Assembly (NCBI GenBank): GCA_965231055.1
Contig: OZ246411.1
Span: 345,875-409,874, forward strand
From: an uncultured Candidatus Saccharibacteria bacterium
GTDB taxonomy: Bacteria > Patescibacteriota > CALEFQ01 > G965231055
DNA: 64,000 nt
Reading direction: 5' to 3'
The notes under the pieces were generated by a model, which worked only from the letters and a program-made list of their open reading frames with translations, made no database searches and was not told where the DNA came from. The translations under genes were made by a program, and so were the position numbers. This document shows, one piece after another, positions 27,215 through 36,942 of the stretch. The first letter of the stretch is position 1, and every line of letters begins with the position of its first letter.

Positions 27215-27713
27215 CCCCTTTATACTAAAACCTGATAGGGAAGGGATTTTTGAGGTCCTTTTTAAAGTTTCAGAAATAATACAAACTAAATTGCGTTTAG
27301 TCGCAGTTTTATCAGTTATTCTCGTATCGTTACAATCCAGATTTTTGAATAGGCGTTTAATATGTTTAAACCCCTCAAAGCCTTTTTTATCGGAAAAACG
27401 CTATAATTAGCGATATCCCATAATTGGGCCTATAATTAGCTCTCTGCTTTGTATTTCGGCTTAAATAAGCCAAAAAGCAATGTAAAAAGCCAAATATTTC
27501 ATGGCGTTTACATGCAAGGTTACCAGATGGGGCAGGGATGTCAAGCTAGTTAGTTTTAGTGGCTTAGTATACTGCAAAAGGGCAACTAGCTTTACTTTTA
27601 TTAACAAACATTGTGAAATATTGGAAATTACCCAAAATAGTTCAAAAATGTTAATATGGCAAGGTTATTATTTCAAAAAGTTCACTTTTTTGAGTTATTA
27701 AGCAAATAAAAAG

Positions 27714-29723
27714 TTGTTAATAGAGAATCTAAATAAGGAACAGGGAAAAGCCGTGATCCAAAAAGAGGGTCCTATTTTGATTTTAGCAGGTGCTGGTTCT
27801 GGAAAGACAAAAACTCTTACGCATAGGGTTGCTTATTTGATTTCACAGCACAAAGTACCAGCGAAAAATATTTTGGCAGTTACTTTTACAAATAAAGCTG
27901 CTGGAGAAATGAAAGAGCGTATTGCCAGTCTTCTGGAAAACCAAAACACATCAATGCCTACAATAGGAACTTTCCATTCAGTTTGTGCGAGATTTTTAAG
28001 ACACGAAATAGGCGCGCTGGGAATCAGTTCTAGCTTTTCTATATATGACGAATACGATCAGCTAAAAATGATAAAAAATATTATCTCTGACACGGACATG
28101 GATCAGAAAAAAATCAACCCGAGATCCGCACTTTCTCTTATTGAAAACGCTAAGAACGATTTAGTTGATTACAATCACTTCAAAGATTTTTACGAAAGCT
28201 ATATTTCGGATGAAGTCGGAGATATATATGCGCGCTATCAAAAGAATCTGAAGAAAAATAATGCTTTGGATTTCGGCGATCTGATTTTCTATTCCGTAGA
28301 GCTTCTAAAAAAATATCCTCAAATTTTGAAACGCTATCAAGAACTATTTTCATATATTATGGTCGATGAGTATCAAGACACAAACAAGGCCCAGTATGTT
28401 TTTATAAATATGCTTGCTGAAAATCATCGCAATCTTTGTGTGGTGGGAGATGATTGGCAGAGTATTTATTCTTGGAGAGGTGCCGATATAAAAAACATAC
28501 TTTCATTTGAAAAAGACTATCCAGATGCTCTTACGGTAAAACTTGAGCAAAATTATAGATCCACTTCCAATATATTAAACGGAGCTCACGGTGTAATGGA
28601 AAAAGCAAGAGAAAAGAAAGACAAAAAATTGTGGACAGAAAAAGGTGGTGGCGAAAAAATAAAAGTTTATGAAGCTCGAGACGAGAAAGATGAGGCAAGA
28701 TTTGTTGCCAAATCAATTATTTCTTCTATTGATAACGGCAGTAAGAATTCTGATTTTGCAGTTTTGTATCGTACCAACGCGCAGTCCAGAGCACTTGAAG
28801 AGGCTCTCATGGCCTATGGCATACCTTATCAAATTGTAGGGGGTGTGAAGTTCTATGAGCGCAAAGAAGTAAAAGATGTTTTGGCTTATCTTTCTTTGAT
28901 AGTAAATCCAAACAATACCGTAGCAATGCAAAGAATTATAAATGAACCACCACGCGGTATAGGTGAAAAAACCCTCGAGAAAATTTTTAAATTTGCAGAG
29001 GAAAAAAATATAGATCTCATCACCGCCGTAGCTGAACTCAAAAACACAAATGCTCGCACCAAGTCTCTTTATGATTTTTTTGTTATGATTAGCGAGATTA
29101 GAAACAGTGCCGTAAAATTATCTCCTGTTCAAATTATTGAGCTCGTTGAATCAAAAACCAAATATGCAGACTACGTCAAAGATGGTAGCGAAGAGGGGGA
29201 GTCTAGGTGGGAAAATATCCAAGAACTAAAAACTTTGGCTGATAAATTTTCAGACAAAGTTGGACTTGATGGTGTTTCAAATATGCTTCAGGAAATAGCT
29301 TTGGTTACTGATCTCGATCACGTGGATGATAAAAAAAATTCAGTGCTGCTTATGACTATGCATTCCGCAAAGGGTTTGGAATTCAAAGAAGTATTTATAG
29401 TTGGCATGGAGGAAGGATTGTTTCCTCATTCGAGAAGTATCGCAGATCCAAAAGAAGCAGATGAAGAAAGAAGGCTTTGCTATGTAGGTATGACGAGGGC
29501 AAGGGAAAAACTGACGATTGTTCACGCCAAGACCAGAATGCTTTATGGAGGAATTCAAATGAATCCACCTTCGCAGTTTATTTCAGATATAGATTTTTCT
29601 TTCAAAGAATATGTAAACAAAAATACCGATTTTGACGGTATTGAATATGTCGACGACGATTCTCATGGCGGTGAGAGTGGAGGATCGGGAATACTTGACA
29701 GAATTATGAATAAAAATTGGTAA
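27714..29723 (+). CDS. pcrA: UvrD/PcrA-type ATP-dependent DNA helicase
   Basis: LNKEQGKAV...ILAGAGSGKTKTLTHR (motif I), VDEYQDTN (motif II), and motifs VLYRTNAQSR, TMHSAKGLEF, YVGMTRAR. Confidence 0.9.
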   Translation: MLIENLNKEQGKAVIQKEGPILILAGAGSGKTKTLTHRVAYLISQHKVPAKNILAVTFTNKAAGEMKERIASLLENQNTSMPTIGTFHSVCARFLRHEIGALGISSSFSIYDEYDQLKMIKNIISDTDMDQKKINPRSALSLIENAKNDLVDYNHFKDFYESYISDEVGDIYARYQKNLKKNNALDFGDLIFYSVELLKKYPQILKRYQELFSYIMVDEYQDTNKAQYVFINMLAENHRNLCVVGDDWQSIYSWRGADIKNILSFEKDYPDALTVKLEQNYRSTSNILNGAHGVMEKAREKKDKKLWTEKGGGEKIKVYEARDEKDEARFVAKSIISSIDNGSKNSDFAVLYRTNAQSRALEEALMAYGIPYQIVGGVKFYERKEVKDVLAYLSLIVNPNNTVAMQRIINEPPRGIGEKTLEKIFKFAEEKNIDLITAVAELKNTNARTKSLYDFFVMISEIRNSAVKLSPVQIIELVESKTKYADYVKDGSEEGESRWENIQELKTLADKFSDKVGLDGVSNMLQEIALVTDLDHVDDKKNSVLLMTMHSAKGLEFKEVFIVGMEEGLFPHSRSIADPKEADEERRLCYVGMTRAREKLTIVHAKTRMLYGGIQMNPPSQFISDIDFSFKEYVNKNTDFDGIEYVDDDSHGGESGGSGILDRIMNKNW

Positions 29724-29725
29724 TA

Positions 29726-31327
29726 CTAAATATAGACTATCAAGAAAACAATTAGTATGTAGCAAAGTGTAACTACGAACATAAGTCTTTCTTGGAGTTT
29801 ATTGGCAGCAAGAATTAGGAAAGTAAAAATACCAAATCCTGTTGCTACCAAAAATAACATTGGTTCTCGAAGTGCTATGGGAACTACGAAATAGGCGAGG
29901 GTAAACATTGTGGCAGTCACGAGTTTGCCTTTTTTTTCTCCAAATAGAGTTGGAATAGTAGTGATTCCATTTTGTTTATCAGCTTCTCTGTCTTTTACAT
30001 CTTTGATTGATGCGATAAGAAAAATAATCACAAACACGGCGATCAAAATTTCTCTAGGAAAAGCTTGAATATGAGGACTTGATGACATAAACATGGCTCC
30101 CATCATAACCACCAAAACAAAAAGAAAAGCAATGAGTGTGTTTGAAAGAAAAATGAACCTTCTGAGTCTTATAGGTGGAGTTGAATAAATATACACAATG
30201 GCGTTTAGCACTGACATAAAAAGAAAGAATCTATAATCAACAAGTAGTGCGAGTACTGAGCTCATCAAAAAAGATATAAAGGCAATAGACCAAAATTCAG
30301 GAATACTCATGATGCCAGAGGGGAGTGGCCTCCAGTTATTTGCTTTTGATTGCTTGTCCACATCTATATCGTATATATCGTTTAGGCATAATCCAAAAAT
30401 CCAATTCCACAAAATAGCTAGTCCAAGCACTGCGAAAGAAAGCCATTCGTATATTCCCAGGTAGGGTTTGTTCTGTGTTAGGATGTATGCAACTGCAAAT
30501 CCACCTAGGTAGGGTGCTAGCTGTGAGAGTACTCTGGTGAGACGAAGATTTTTGAAAAAAGCCCATGCTTTTTTCTTGTCAGCTGTTAATTGCAGTAAGA
30601 AAAGCGCAATGGTGATAAAAACAGCGAGCCATAAAGAAAATTTTATATCAAATATATTGTAGCGTGGTATTAAAAAGTTTCCCACGAGCGGTCTTCCTAC
30701 TGCAAAATGAGCTATGACGCTCTGTGGGGTATTTTCTTTTCCCTGTATAAACAAGATGATGTTTGCTATTATCGATGGCAATGCAAAACAACAAAACATA
30801 GTAGTATAGCCAAGTAGTCCACCCAATATAGCTTTCCAATATTTCTTTGTTCTGATAAAAATATACACGCCAAGAGCTATGCAAACCAAAGCTGTTTGAA
30901 TTCGCATGCCGTAAGTGATCCCTGTTGTGGGGTTTCCTCCGAAAAAAGTGATAAAATCATGGATGACTCCGGTGGGACTTTGAAAAATGTATGCTCTAAA
31001 ATAATCCTTGCCTGCGGAAAATGTTAAATCAATTATATTTACCAGAGGAAGTGTAAATATAGCGATAAGTGAGACACCGGCAACTTTTTTGAGTGGTTGC
31101 CTTGTAAGTTTAATAACAATAATCATTAGAATCAGTGCGGTAAACAGGTATATAAACATAGAGTGAATAAAAATCTCTATATAGTTCATTGTAAATATAG
31201 AGTTACCCGAGAGAGCGTCCATAATCATTTTTATCAAAATCACAGAAACGAATACAAAAATCCAGTCCTTGAGTTTGAATTCTAGGTTTTCTAGTTTGGT
31301 AAATAGTTTCTCTATATGTTTAATCAT
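29726..31327 (-). CDS. polytopic membrane protein with C-terminal UbiA-family prenyltransferase domain
   Basis: 533-aa ORF with more than 12 predicted TM helices. C-terminal half carries the UbiA Asp-rich motif NDIYDIDVD. N-terminal roughly 300 aa of unknown function. Confidence 0.6.
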   Translation of the reverse strand: MIKHIEKLFTKLENLEFKLKDWIFVFVSVILIKMIMDALSGNSIFTMNYIEIFIHSMFIYLFTALILMIIVIKLTRQPLKKVAGVSLIAIFTLPLVNIIDLTFSAGKDYFRAYIFQSPTGVIHDFITFFGGNPTTGITYGMRIQTALVCIALGVYIFIRTKKYWKAILGGLLGYTTMFCCFALPSIIANIILFIQGKENTPQSVIAHFAVGRPLVGNFLIPRYNIFDIKFSLWLAVFITIALFLLQLTADKKKAWAFFKNLRLTRVLSQLAPYLGGFAVAYILTQNKPYLGIYEWLSFAVLGLAILWNWIFGLCLNDIYDIDVDKQSKANNWRPLPSGIMSIPEFWSIAFISFLMSSVLALLVDYRFFLFMSVLNAIVYIYSTPPIRLRRFIFLSNTLIAFLFVLVVMMGAMFMSSSPHIQAFPREILIAVFVIIFLIASIKDVKDREADKQNGITTIPTLFGEKKGKLVTATMFTLAYFVVPIALREPMLFLVATGFGIFTFLILAANKLQERLMFVVTLCYILIVFLIVYI

Positions 31328-31376
31328 GGTATAAGTAAATCGTATCTATTTTATCTATAATGTCTAATTTAGTCCA

Positions 31377-32192
31377 ATGTATAAATATTCAAAGGATTTT
31401 GTAAAATCAATGCTTGGTGAATTGCGAATTGAGCCACAAAAAGCGTTTGGTCAAAATTTTCTGATAAACGAGGATGTAGCACGAAAAATGGTTGAATATA
31501 TAGGTGCCAAGGATGGCGACAATATTGTTGAAATAGGGGGAGGACTTGGTGCGCTCAGTTTTAAACTCGTAGAAACTGAAAAAAACATCCAAATTCTAGA
31601 TACGGAGCGTGGATTTGTCCAAAACCTAGGAAAAAGGCTGAAAAAGTTTCCAAACGCCAAGGTTACCGAGTGCGATGCTCTGAGTTTTTGTTCGGAAAAT
31701 GAGTTTAAGCTCATAGGAAGTCTGCCGTATTCTATAACTTCGCGAGTTTTCAGGCATTTTCTTTATGAATGTGATATTTTACCAAAAACCATGGTTTTTC
31801 TGATTCAAGACGAAGTAGCTACTAGAATAGTTCAAAAAAAGGGGAAAATGAGCTTACTTTCGCTGTCTGTACAGCTAAAAGCAAGCGTTGAGCTTCTGGA
31901 TGTGGTGCCTCCAGAGAGCTTTTTCCCCGAACCAGAGATTGTTTCTAGGATAATAAGGATTACCCCAAATCAAAAAGATCCAAAAAAGTGTGAAGAATTG
32001 CTTAAATTAGCCAAAATAGGGTTTTCACATAAGCGTAAAACTCTCCAAAACAACCTAAAAAGCAGTAATTTTAGTGCTGAAAGTGTAGCAATGGCATTGT
32101 CTAAGCTTGGTTTTAAGCCAAAAGTAAGGGCTCAGGAGCTCGGAATAGAAGATTGGGAGGCTTTTCATAAAGAGCTTATCGAATCCAAATAA
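31377..32192 (+). CDS. rsmA: 16S rRNA (adenine1518/1519-N6)-dimethyltransferase
   Basis: FGQNFLINEDVARKMVEYIG...VEIGGGLGALS (SAM-binding) and KsgA-like C-terminus. Confidence 0.85.
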   Translation: MYKYSKDFVKSMLGELRIEPQKAFGQNFLINEDVARKMVEYIGAKDGDNIVEIGGGLGALSFKLVETEKNIQILDTERGFVQNLGKRLKKFPNAKVTECDALSFCSENEFKLIGSLPYSITSRVFRHFLYECDILPKTMVFLIQDEVATRIVQKKGKMSLLSLSVQLKASVELLDVVPPESFFPEPEIVSRIIRITPNQKDPKKCEELLKLAKIGFSHKRKTLQNNLKSSNFSAESVAMALSKLGFKPKVRAQELGIEDWEAFHKELIESK

Positions 32193-32345
32193 CTGTTTGA
32201 CGCGGGTTAAGATATGTTGCATAAAAACGGGGATAAACTAGTTGCCCAAATATAGACTTTATTATATAATTAGCAAGTAAATTTGCTCCTCGATTGGCTA
32301 ATTTTTAGCCGAAACACAAAAATCAACTTCAAAACAAAATTTTAA

Positions 32346-33446
32346 ATGGATAGAGAAAAAATACAACTTATAGTTATAGGAATTGTTATAGTGACAGTTA
32401 CATCTTTTGTGACTGTTTTTTCTTTGAAATCTGGTTTATTCGAAGAAGGAGATTTGTTCTCTTCGAGTAGAACTAAGTCTGTTCAGGAAAAATTTCTGGG
32501 AGTAAAAACTGTAACAGCTATTTCTGATTCTACGTTGGACACTGATGGCGATGGTTTGAACAATGCTGATGAGCTTGAAACTTATTCTACAGATCCTTGG
32601 AGTATGGACACTGACGGAGATCGTATTTCTGATGGCGAAGAAGTTTCAACTTATAAAACAAATCCACTTGAAAAAGATACTGATGGAGATGGATATTATG
32701 ATGGCGTAGAAATTTCTAGTGGACACGATCCTCTGGACTCAGACGCTGGAGCTTTGATAGAAAACGAAGAAGGACAAGTAGAATCAAATGTGCTTACTGA
32801 CATGATTGAGGCCGCCGAAAACGGTGAAGAAATAGATTTGAGTAAGTTTGGTGATGCAGAGATTACTGAAGATTCTATTAGAGATCTTGGAATTACATTA
32901 GGTGCCGACCCCGATGATATTGAATCATTTGAGCTACCTGAAATAGCGGATAGTGAAATAAAAATAGGCGAGGATTCTAGCACTGAGTCCGTGGTAAAAT
33001 ATTTCAATAATTTGCAGGGTGAATTATACAAAAATTGCACTTTTTGTTCTCTGGATGGAGGCAGTGAGATGATGAATGCACTTCAGGCGGGAGATCTTTC
33101 TACAATGGCTTCGTATGCAGACGATTTTGATAAAATATCGACAAATCTTTTGGATCTTGAGGTTGCTCCAGTTGAGGATGTGATAGAGCTTCACAAGCAA
33201 GGGATTGGTTTTGGTACTGTGGCATCCCAAATCGTTGGAGATATTGGAAATTTTGGTCTCTCGTATGATGGAGCGCTAAATTCTCTTATAGAATTGCGTG
33301 GATTGATCGGTTCGTTTCAACAAATTCTTACCAGCGTAGATTCTTTGTCTACTATGTATAGTCTTGGCATTCCATCCACTGGTATATCTATAAGTAGCGA
33401 TGCTAGTTCTTATGGATTGGATCTAAATAACCTCACCGAAGAATAA
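32346..33446 (+). CDS. membrane-anchored protein with thrombospondin-type-3-like Ca-binding Asp-rich repeats
   Basis: N-terminal TM, then repeated DTDGDGLNNADE / DTDGDRISDGEE / DTDGDGYYDGVE units. Confidence 0.55.
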   Translation: MDREKIQLIVIGIVIVTVTSFVTVFSLKSGLFEEGDLFSSSRTKSVQEKFLGVKTVTAISDSTLDTDGDGLNNADELETYSTDPWSMDTDGDRISDGEEVSTYKTNPLEKDTDGDGYYDGVEISSGHDPLDSDAGALIENEEGQVESNVLTDMIEAAENGEEIDLSKFGDAEITEDSIRDLGITLGADPDDIESFELPEIADSEIKIGEDSSTESVVKYFNNLQGELYKNCTFCSLDGGSEMMNALQAGDLSTMASYADDFDKISTNLLDLEVAPVEDVIELHKQGIGFGTVASQIVGDIGNFGLSYDGALNSLIELRGLIGSFQQILTSVDSLSTMYSLGIPSTGISISSDASSYGLDLNNLTEE

Positions 33447-34339
33447 TGAAATCTTTTATCAAGAAAACAGTACTAATACTCATACTCTGTTCACTGGCTT
33501 TTGTTTATGGGGGAGTTATTGCTATCAATCCCACCGAGAAAGCTCAGGCTAACTGGTTAGCTAACTGGGAGCAGTTTGCTGATAGTTTTCTCGACATTTT
33601 GCTAGATACCATAATGGAGCTTATTGCAAAGATGGTGATTGTTAAAACCTTGGATGTAATACAGCAGAAAATCCAAGAGGAAATTTTTGCAGAGGGTGGT
33701 GTGATTGATAATATGGATGAGTATTTGCACGGAGATGTTGGCAAGGCTGCCGCAGATCTTATGAAGTGGTATGCTAATAATTGTTTCAATATAGATGTCG
33801 AGTTTTTTAATTTTGTTGGAAAAAATGCCTCGTATGATTTAGCCGAGTGTCCTCCTGTTTTGAAGGAAGGTTCGTATGCAAAGGGTGGATTTACAATTGA
33901 AGTTGGAGATGACAATACTATAGATACAGAGCTGAGTTTGGCAGAATATCTTAAGGAGTCAGCTGGTAGTGACATGCAGACATATCTCGAATTGCAATCC
34001 GCAGCTGACGAAGCTGAATCACGCAATGAAGCAAATAAGCTTGCCAACATGAGCTCTGATGGTTCAGTTGCGGTGACTGATGCGCTAGGCACTACGGAGC
34101 GTGCAAAAGGGGCATTACAAGATAAAGAAAAAATGATTTCTTGGGCCAAAGATTCTGTACTAACCAATTCTCAAAACTTAATAGCTTCAGTCCTGGCTCC
34201 TCTTTTGGAAAAAGCAATTGATAATTTTATCGCTGGGTCAACTGGTGTAAAGCCTAAATTTCATAACGGTCAGTATGGGATTGATTTTATCAATAAGTTT
34301 GAAGATGACTATAAAAAGGACGGCCCAGTCCAGTATTAA
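33446..34339 (+). CDS. secreted hypothetical protein (signal peptide)
   Basis: 297-aa ORF. N-terminus MKSFIKKTVLILILCSLAFVYGGVIA. Confidence 0.55.
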   Translation: MKSFIKKTVLILILCSLAFVYGGVIAINPTEKAQANWLANWEQFADSFLDILLDTIMELIAKMVIVKTLDVIQQKIQEEIFAEGGVIDNMDEYLHGDVGKAAADLMKWYANNCFNIDVEFFNFVGKNASYDLAECPPVLKEGSYAKGGFTIEVGDDNTIDTELSLAEYLKESAGSDMQTYLELQSAADEAESRNEANKLANMSSDGSVAVTDALGTTERAKGALQDKEKMISWAKDSVLTNSQNLIASVLAPLLEKAIDNFIAGSTGVKPKFHNGQYGIDFINKFEDDYKKDGPVQY

Positions 34340-34365
34340 TATTTTTATTGGTTAAAATACTTTGA

Positions 34366-34782
34366 ATGGCAAATATGCAAGACTATGCTGAGATGTTAAA
34401 GGCTGATAGGGAAGATGATCAAGAGGAAGGTAGTGATTCCGAAGATCAAGCCCAGGAACTAGCATCTGAAATGGCTAAAAGAAAAGCAAGTGAGGTTGCG
34501 GCTAATGCTGCTAACAAGATGAGGGTTGCGGCCATCGCTACGAAGAGGATGCTGGTAGCCTTTTTTACTAGTGTGATTTTGCCAGCCTTGCCTGTTTTAA
34601 TAGGTGGCGTGGTGGTGATCGCGTTAATTGCATTTGTTTTACTAGTACTAAGCTATCTAGATTTCAAAGCCGGAACTCCCATATATGATAGCGCAATAGC
34701 AGAAGAGATGAAATCGCGCGGCGAAAAAGTACAGTCTCAACTGATGACTGAAATGACAGGTACTCAATTTCCTCAAAAATAA
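34366..34782 (+). CDS. small membrane protein, first gene of the T4SS-like locus
   Basis: 138 aa. Acidic N-terminus, then a long hydrophobic stretch MLVAFFTSVILPALPVLIGGVVVIALIAFVLLVL. Confidence 0.5.
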   Translation: MANMQDYAEMLKADREDDQEEGSDSEDQAQELASEMAKRKASEVAANAANKMRVAAIATKRMLVAFFTSVILPALPVLIGGVVVIALIAFVLLVLSYLDFKAGTPIYDSAIAEEMKSRGEKVQSQLMTEMTGTQFPQK

Positions 34783-34789
34783 TAAAATA

Positions 34790-36928
34790 GTGAAAAAGAT
34801 TATTAAAACAAAAAATAGAAAATTATTTCTCTTGAGCATGGTTATATGCGCTTGTCTTTTTTTGGTTTTACTGCCGATGGGATTTGCTGGAGCTGGTTTT
34901 GAAATCATGTCATATGTAAATCAGATAATAGGTGCTGTTCTAACTTTCCTGATTAGAACAGTTTTGATGTGTATAGTATGGATCGCAGGTATTTTTGATG
35001 CTTTTGTGCAGGGTGTTTGGGCTAGAGATAGTGGTATGGTTGATTTGGGGTGGGGACTTGTGAAGGATTTGATGAACATGGGATTTATCTTGGTGATGCT
35101 TACTATCGCGTTTGCAACCATTTTCAAAATTCAGGCGTACTCTGTTAAAGCGCTTTTACCGAAGCTTTTAATAGCAATACTTCTTATAAATTTTTCCAAA
35201 CATATATGTTATGTAGTTGTGGATTTCGCTGAAGTTCTGATGTTCTCTATGAGTAACTCTGAAAATATTACATCTCTTGGTAGGGCGAAATCATTTAGTG
35301 CCTGGAAGGATTTAGAAGGATATAATGATGGTTCAACTGATGCAACGCAGATGTGGGCTAAATTTGATAGCAGATATAAGCAACCAAAGGGACAACATGG
35401 AATAGGTATGGCTTTGGTTTATGCTCTCGGGTTACCTCAGTTAGATATAAGCTTGGCTGCATCTCGTTTGGATACAAATCAAGCTGATGGTTCTAAATTT
35501 CATACCGGTGATTTTATCGTTCAGCTTGCGATGATCTTTTTATTTTCTTTGTATATAGCTTTTGTGATTTTGGGGTTGTTAGTGCTTTTTGTGGGTAGAA
35601 AAATTGGTATATGGATGTACACGATTTTTTCTCCTTATGCTTTTTGGACATTTACGGTACCATTTTTACGGAGCCATCTAAGTAAGTGGTGGTCGAAATT
35701 TGGTGGAATAGTTTTTATGGGGCCAGTCGCTATGTTTTATATATATCTTGCTAGCAACTTCATGGTTAAATCTCTTGCGACTAATTTAGAACCAATAGCT
35801 ATTAATGGCAATAATGTTGAACGATATTTCGAAGCTTTTCCTATAGGCCAGCTCAATGGTGACGCTATGTTTATTACTATAGTTGTTCTTGTGTTGCTCA
35901 CGATGGCAATTGGAACAGGTAAAAAAATGGGTATCGCCACGGCAGGTTTTGTGGAGAGTATGGGTAAAAAAATACAAGGCGGTATTACCAAGAGGCTCAA
36001 AAAGGGAGCCTCCAGAATTGGTTCTGCGGCTTGGTCTGGCACCAAAGGTGCAGTTTCTGCTACGGCAATGGGTACCAGGAGAGTCTTGCAAGGAACTCAG
36101 GATAAAGTTTTGTCTCAGTGGAAGGGCGCTCAGGAACGACGTAGTGAACGAAAGAAGGAAGTTGCTGAAAGTCAAAAGAATCTCGAGGGTTTATCCTCCG
36201 ATACTATTTCTGGTAGTCTAAATCAGTTTAAATCTACTCTTCTTGGAAGAATGACTAGGAAACAAAGGAATGATATTGGCGGAAGATTGAACGAGCTTTC
36301 GAAGAGGGGCGAGCTCGATAAGGCTATAGTTACAGATAGTAAGGGGGGGAGAAGTATAGCCGGATTCAATATTGATACCAAAGAAGGCGCAGATAAGTTG
36401 ATGAAATTTGCTGATTTTATTGGTGCGGACAGCAAAGCTATGATGAATGCTATGCCTGAGCTCTCAGCTGCAGGTATTAGTAAGTCTGATGCAAACGCGT
36501 CTAAAAGAGTTTTAGCAATTAAGGAAAAGATTAAAAAGGGAGAGGGTAAAAAGATTTCAAAGTCATCTCTTTCTGATTTTGCAGTTGCTGGAGCTCTTAG
36601 TTTGAATCAGATTAGAAACATAAATAAGGAAGGATCGGTTGATCAACAAGAGGCTCTTGTCGGTGGGATGGGTAAGGCTTTGGATATGGTATACGCTGGT
36701 CATATTACGGGGCAGGATGGGTTGTCTGTAATCAGAAATGCGAAAAATCTCGCCCTTGATAGTATGAAGGCAAGAGGAGAGCATACTAGGGGAATTGAAA
36801 AGGATTTTGATAAGTATAAAGTGAAATTTGAAAATGGTAATTTTGTCTTGATTCCACCCGCTCCTAATGTTGGACCCACTCAGCAACCTGCTCCACAGCG
36901 TCCCCCAAGAAATCAAAGACGACCTTAG
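34790..36928 (+). CDS. VirB6/TrbL-like polytopic membrane protein with hydrophilic C-terminal domain
   Basis: 712 aa. At least 7 hydrophobic helices in the first roughly 380 aa, then a charged or coiled C-terminal domain ending in a Pro-rich tail. Position immediately upstream of VirB3/VirB4 homologues. Confidence 0.45.
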   Translation: MKKIIKTKNRKLFLLSMVICACLFLVLLPMGFAGAGFEIMSYVNQIIGAVLTFLIRTVLMCIVWIAGIFDAFVQGVWARDSGMVDLGWGLVKDLMNMGFILVMLTIAFATIFKIQAYSVKALLPKLLIAILLINFSKHICYVVVDFAEVLMFSMSNSENITSLGRAKSFSAWKDLEGYNDGSTDATQMWAKFDSRYKQPKGQHGIGMALVYALGLPQLDISLAASRLDTNQADGSKFHTGDFIVQLAMIFLFSLYIAFVILGLLVLFVGRKIGIWMYTIFSPYAFWTFTVPFLRSHLSKWWSKFGGIVFMGPVAMFYIYLASNFMVKSLATNLEPIAINGNNVERYFEAFPIGQLNGDAMFITIVVLVLLTMAIGTGKKMGIATAGFVESMGKKIQGGITKRLKKGASRIGSAAWSGTKGAVSATAMGTRRVLQGTQDKVLSQWKGAQERRSERKKEVAESQKNLEGLSSDTISGSLNQFKSTLLGRMTRKQRNDIGGRLNELSKRGELDKAIVTDSKGGRSIAGFNIDTKEGADKLMKFADFIGADSKAMMNAMPELSAAGISKSDANASKRVLAIKEKIKKGEGKKISKSSLSDFAVAGALSLNQIRNINKEGSVDQQEALVGGMGKALDMVYAGHITGQDGLSVIRNAKNLALDSMKARGEHTRGIEKDFDKYKVKFENGNFVLIPPAPNVGPTQQPAPQRPPRNQRRP

Positions 36929-36942
36929 CTAGTAAATTTAAA

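Noticed and set aside
27078-27701. Plus-strand ORFs 27078..27410 and 27501..27701
   Set aside because: The first overlaps the M23 peptidase gene antisense. The second is short, Cys/Phe-rich and has no SD. The region is treated as a non-coding leader of pcrA.
35737-36435. Several ORFs of 100-130 aa on both strands inside the VirB6-like gene
   Set aside because: All are shadow frames within a long continuous ORF with coherent TM-helix periodicity.
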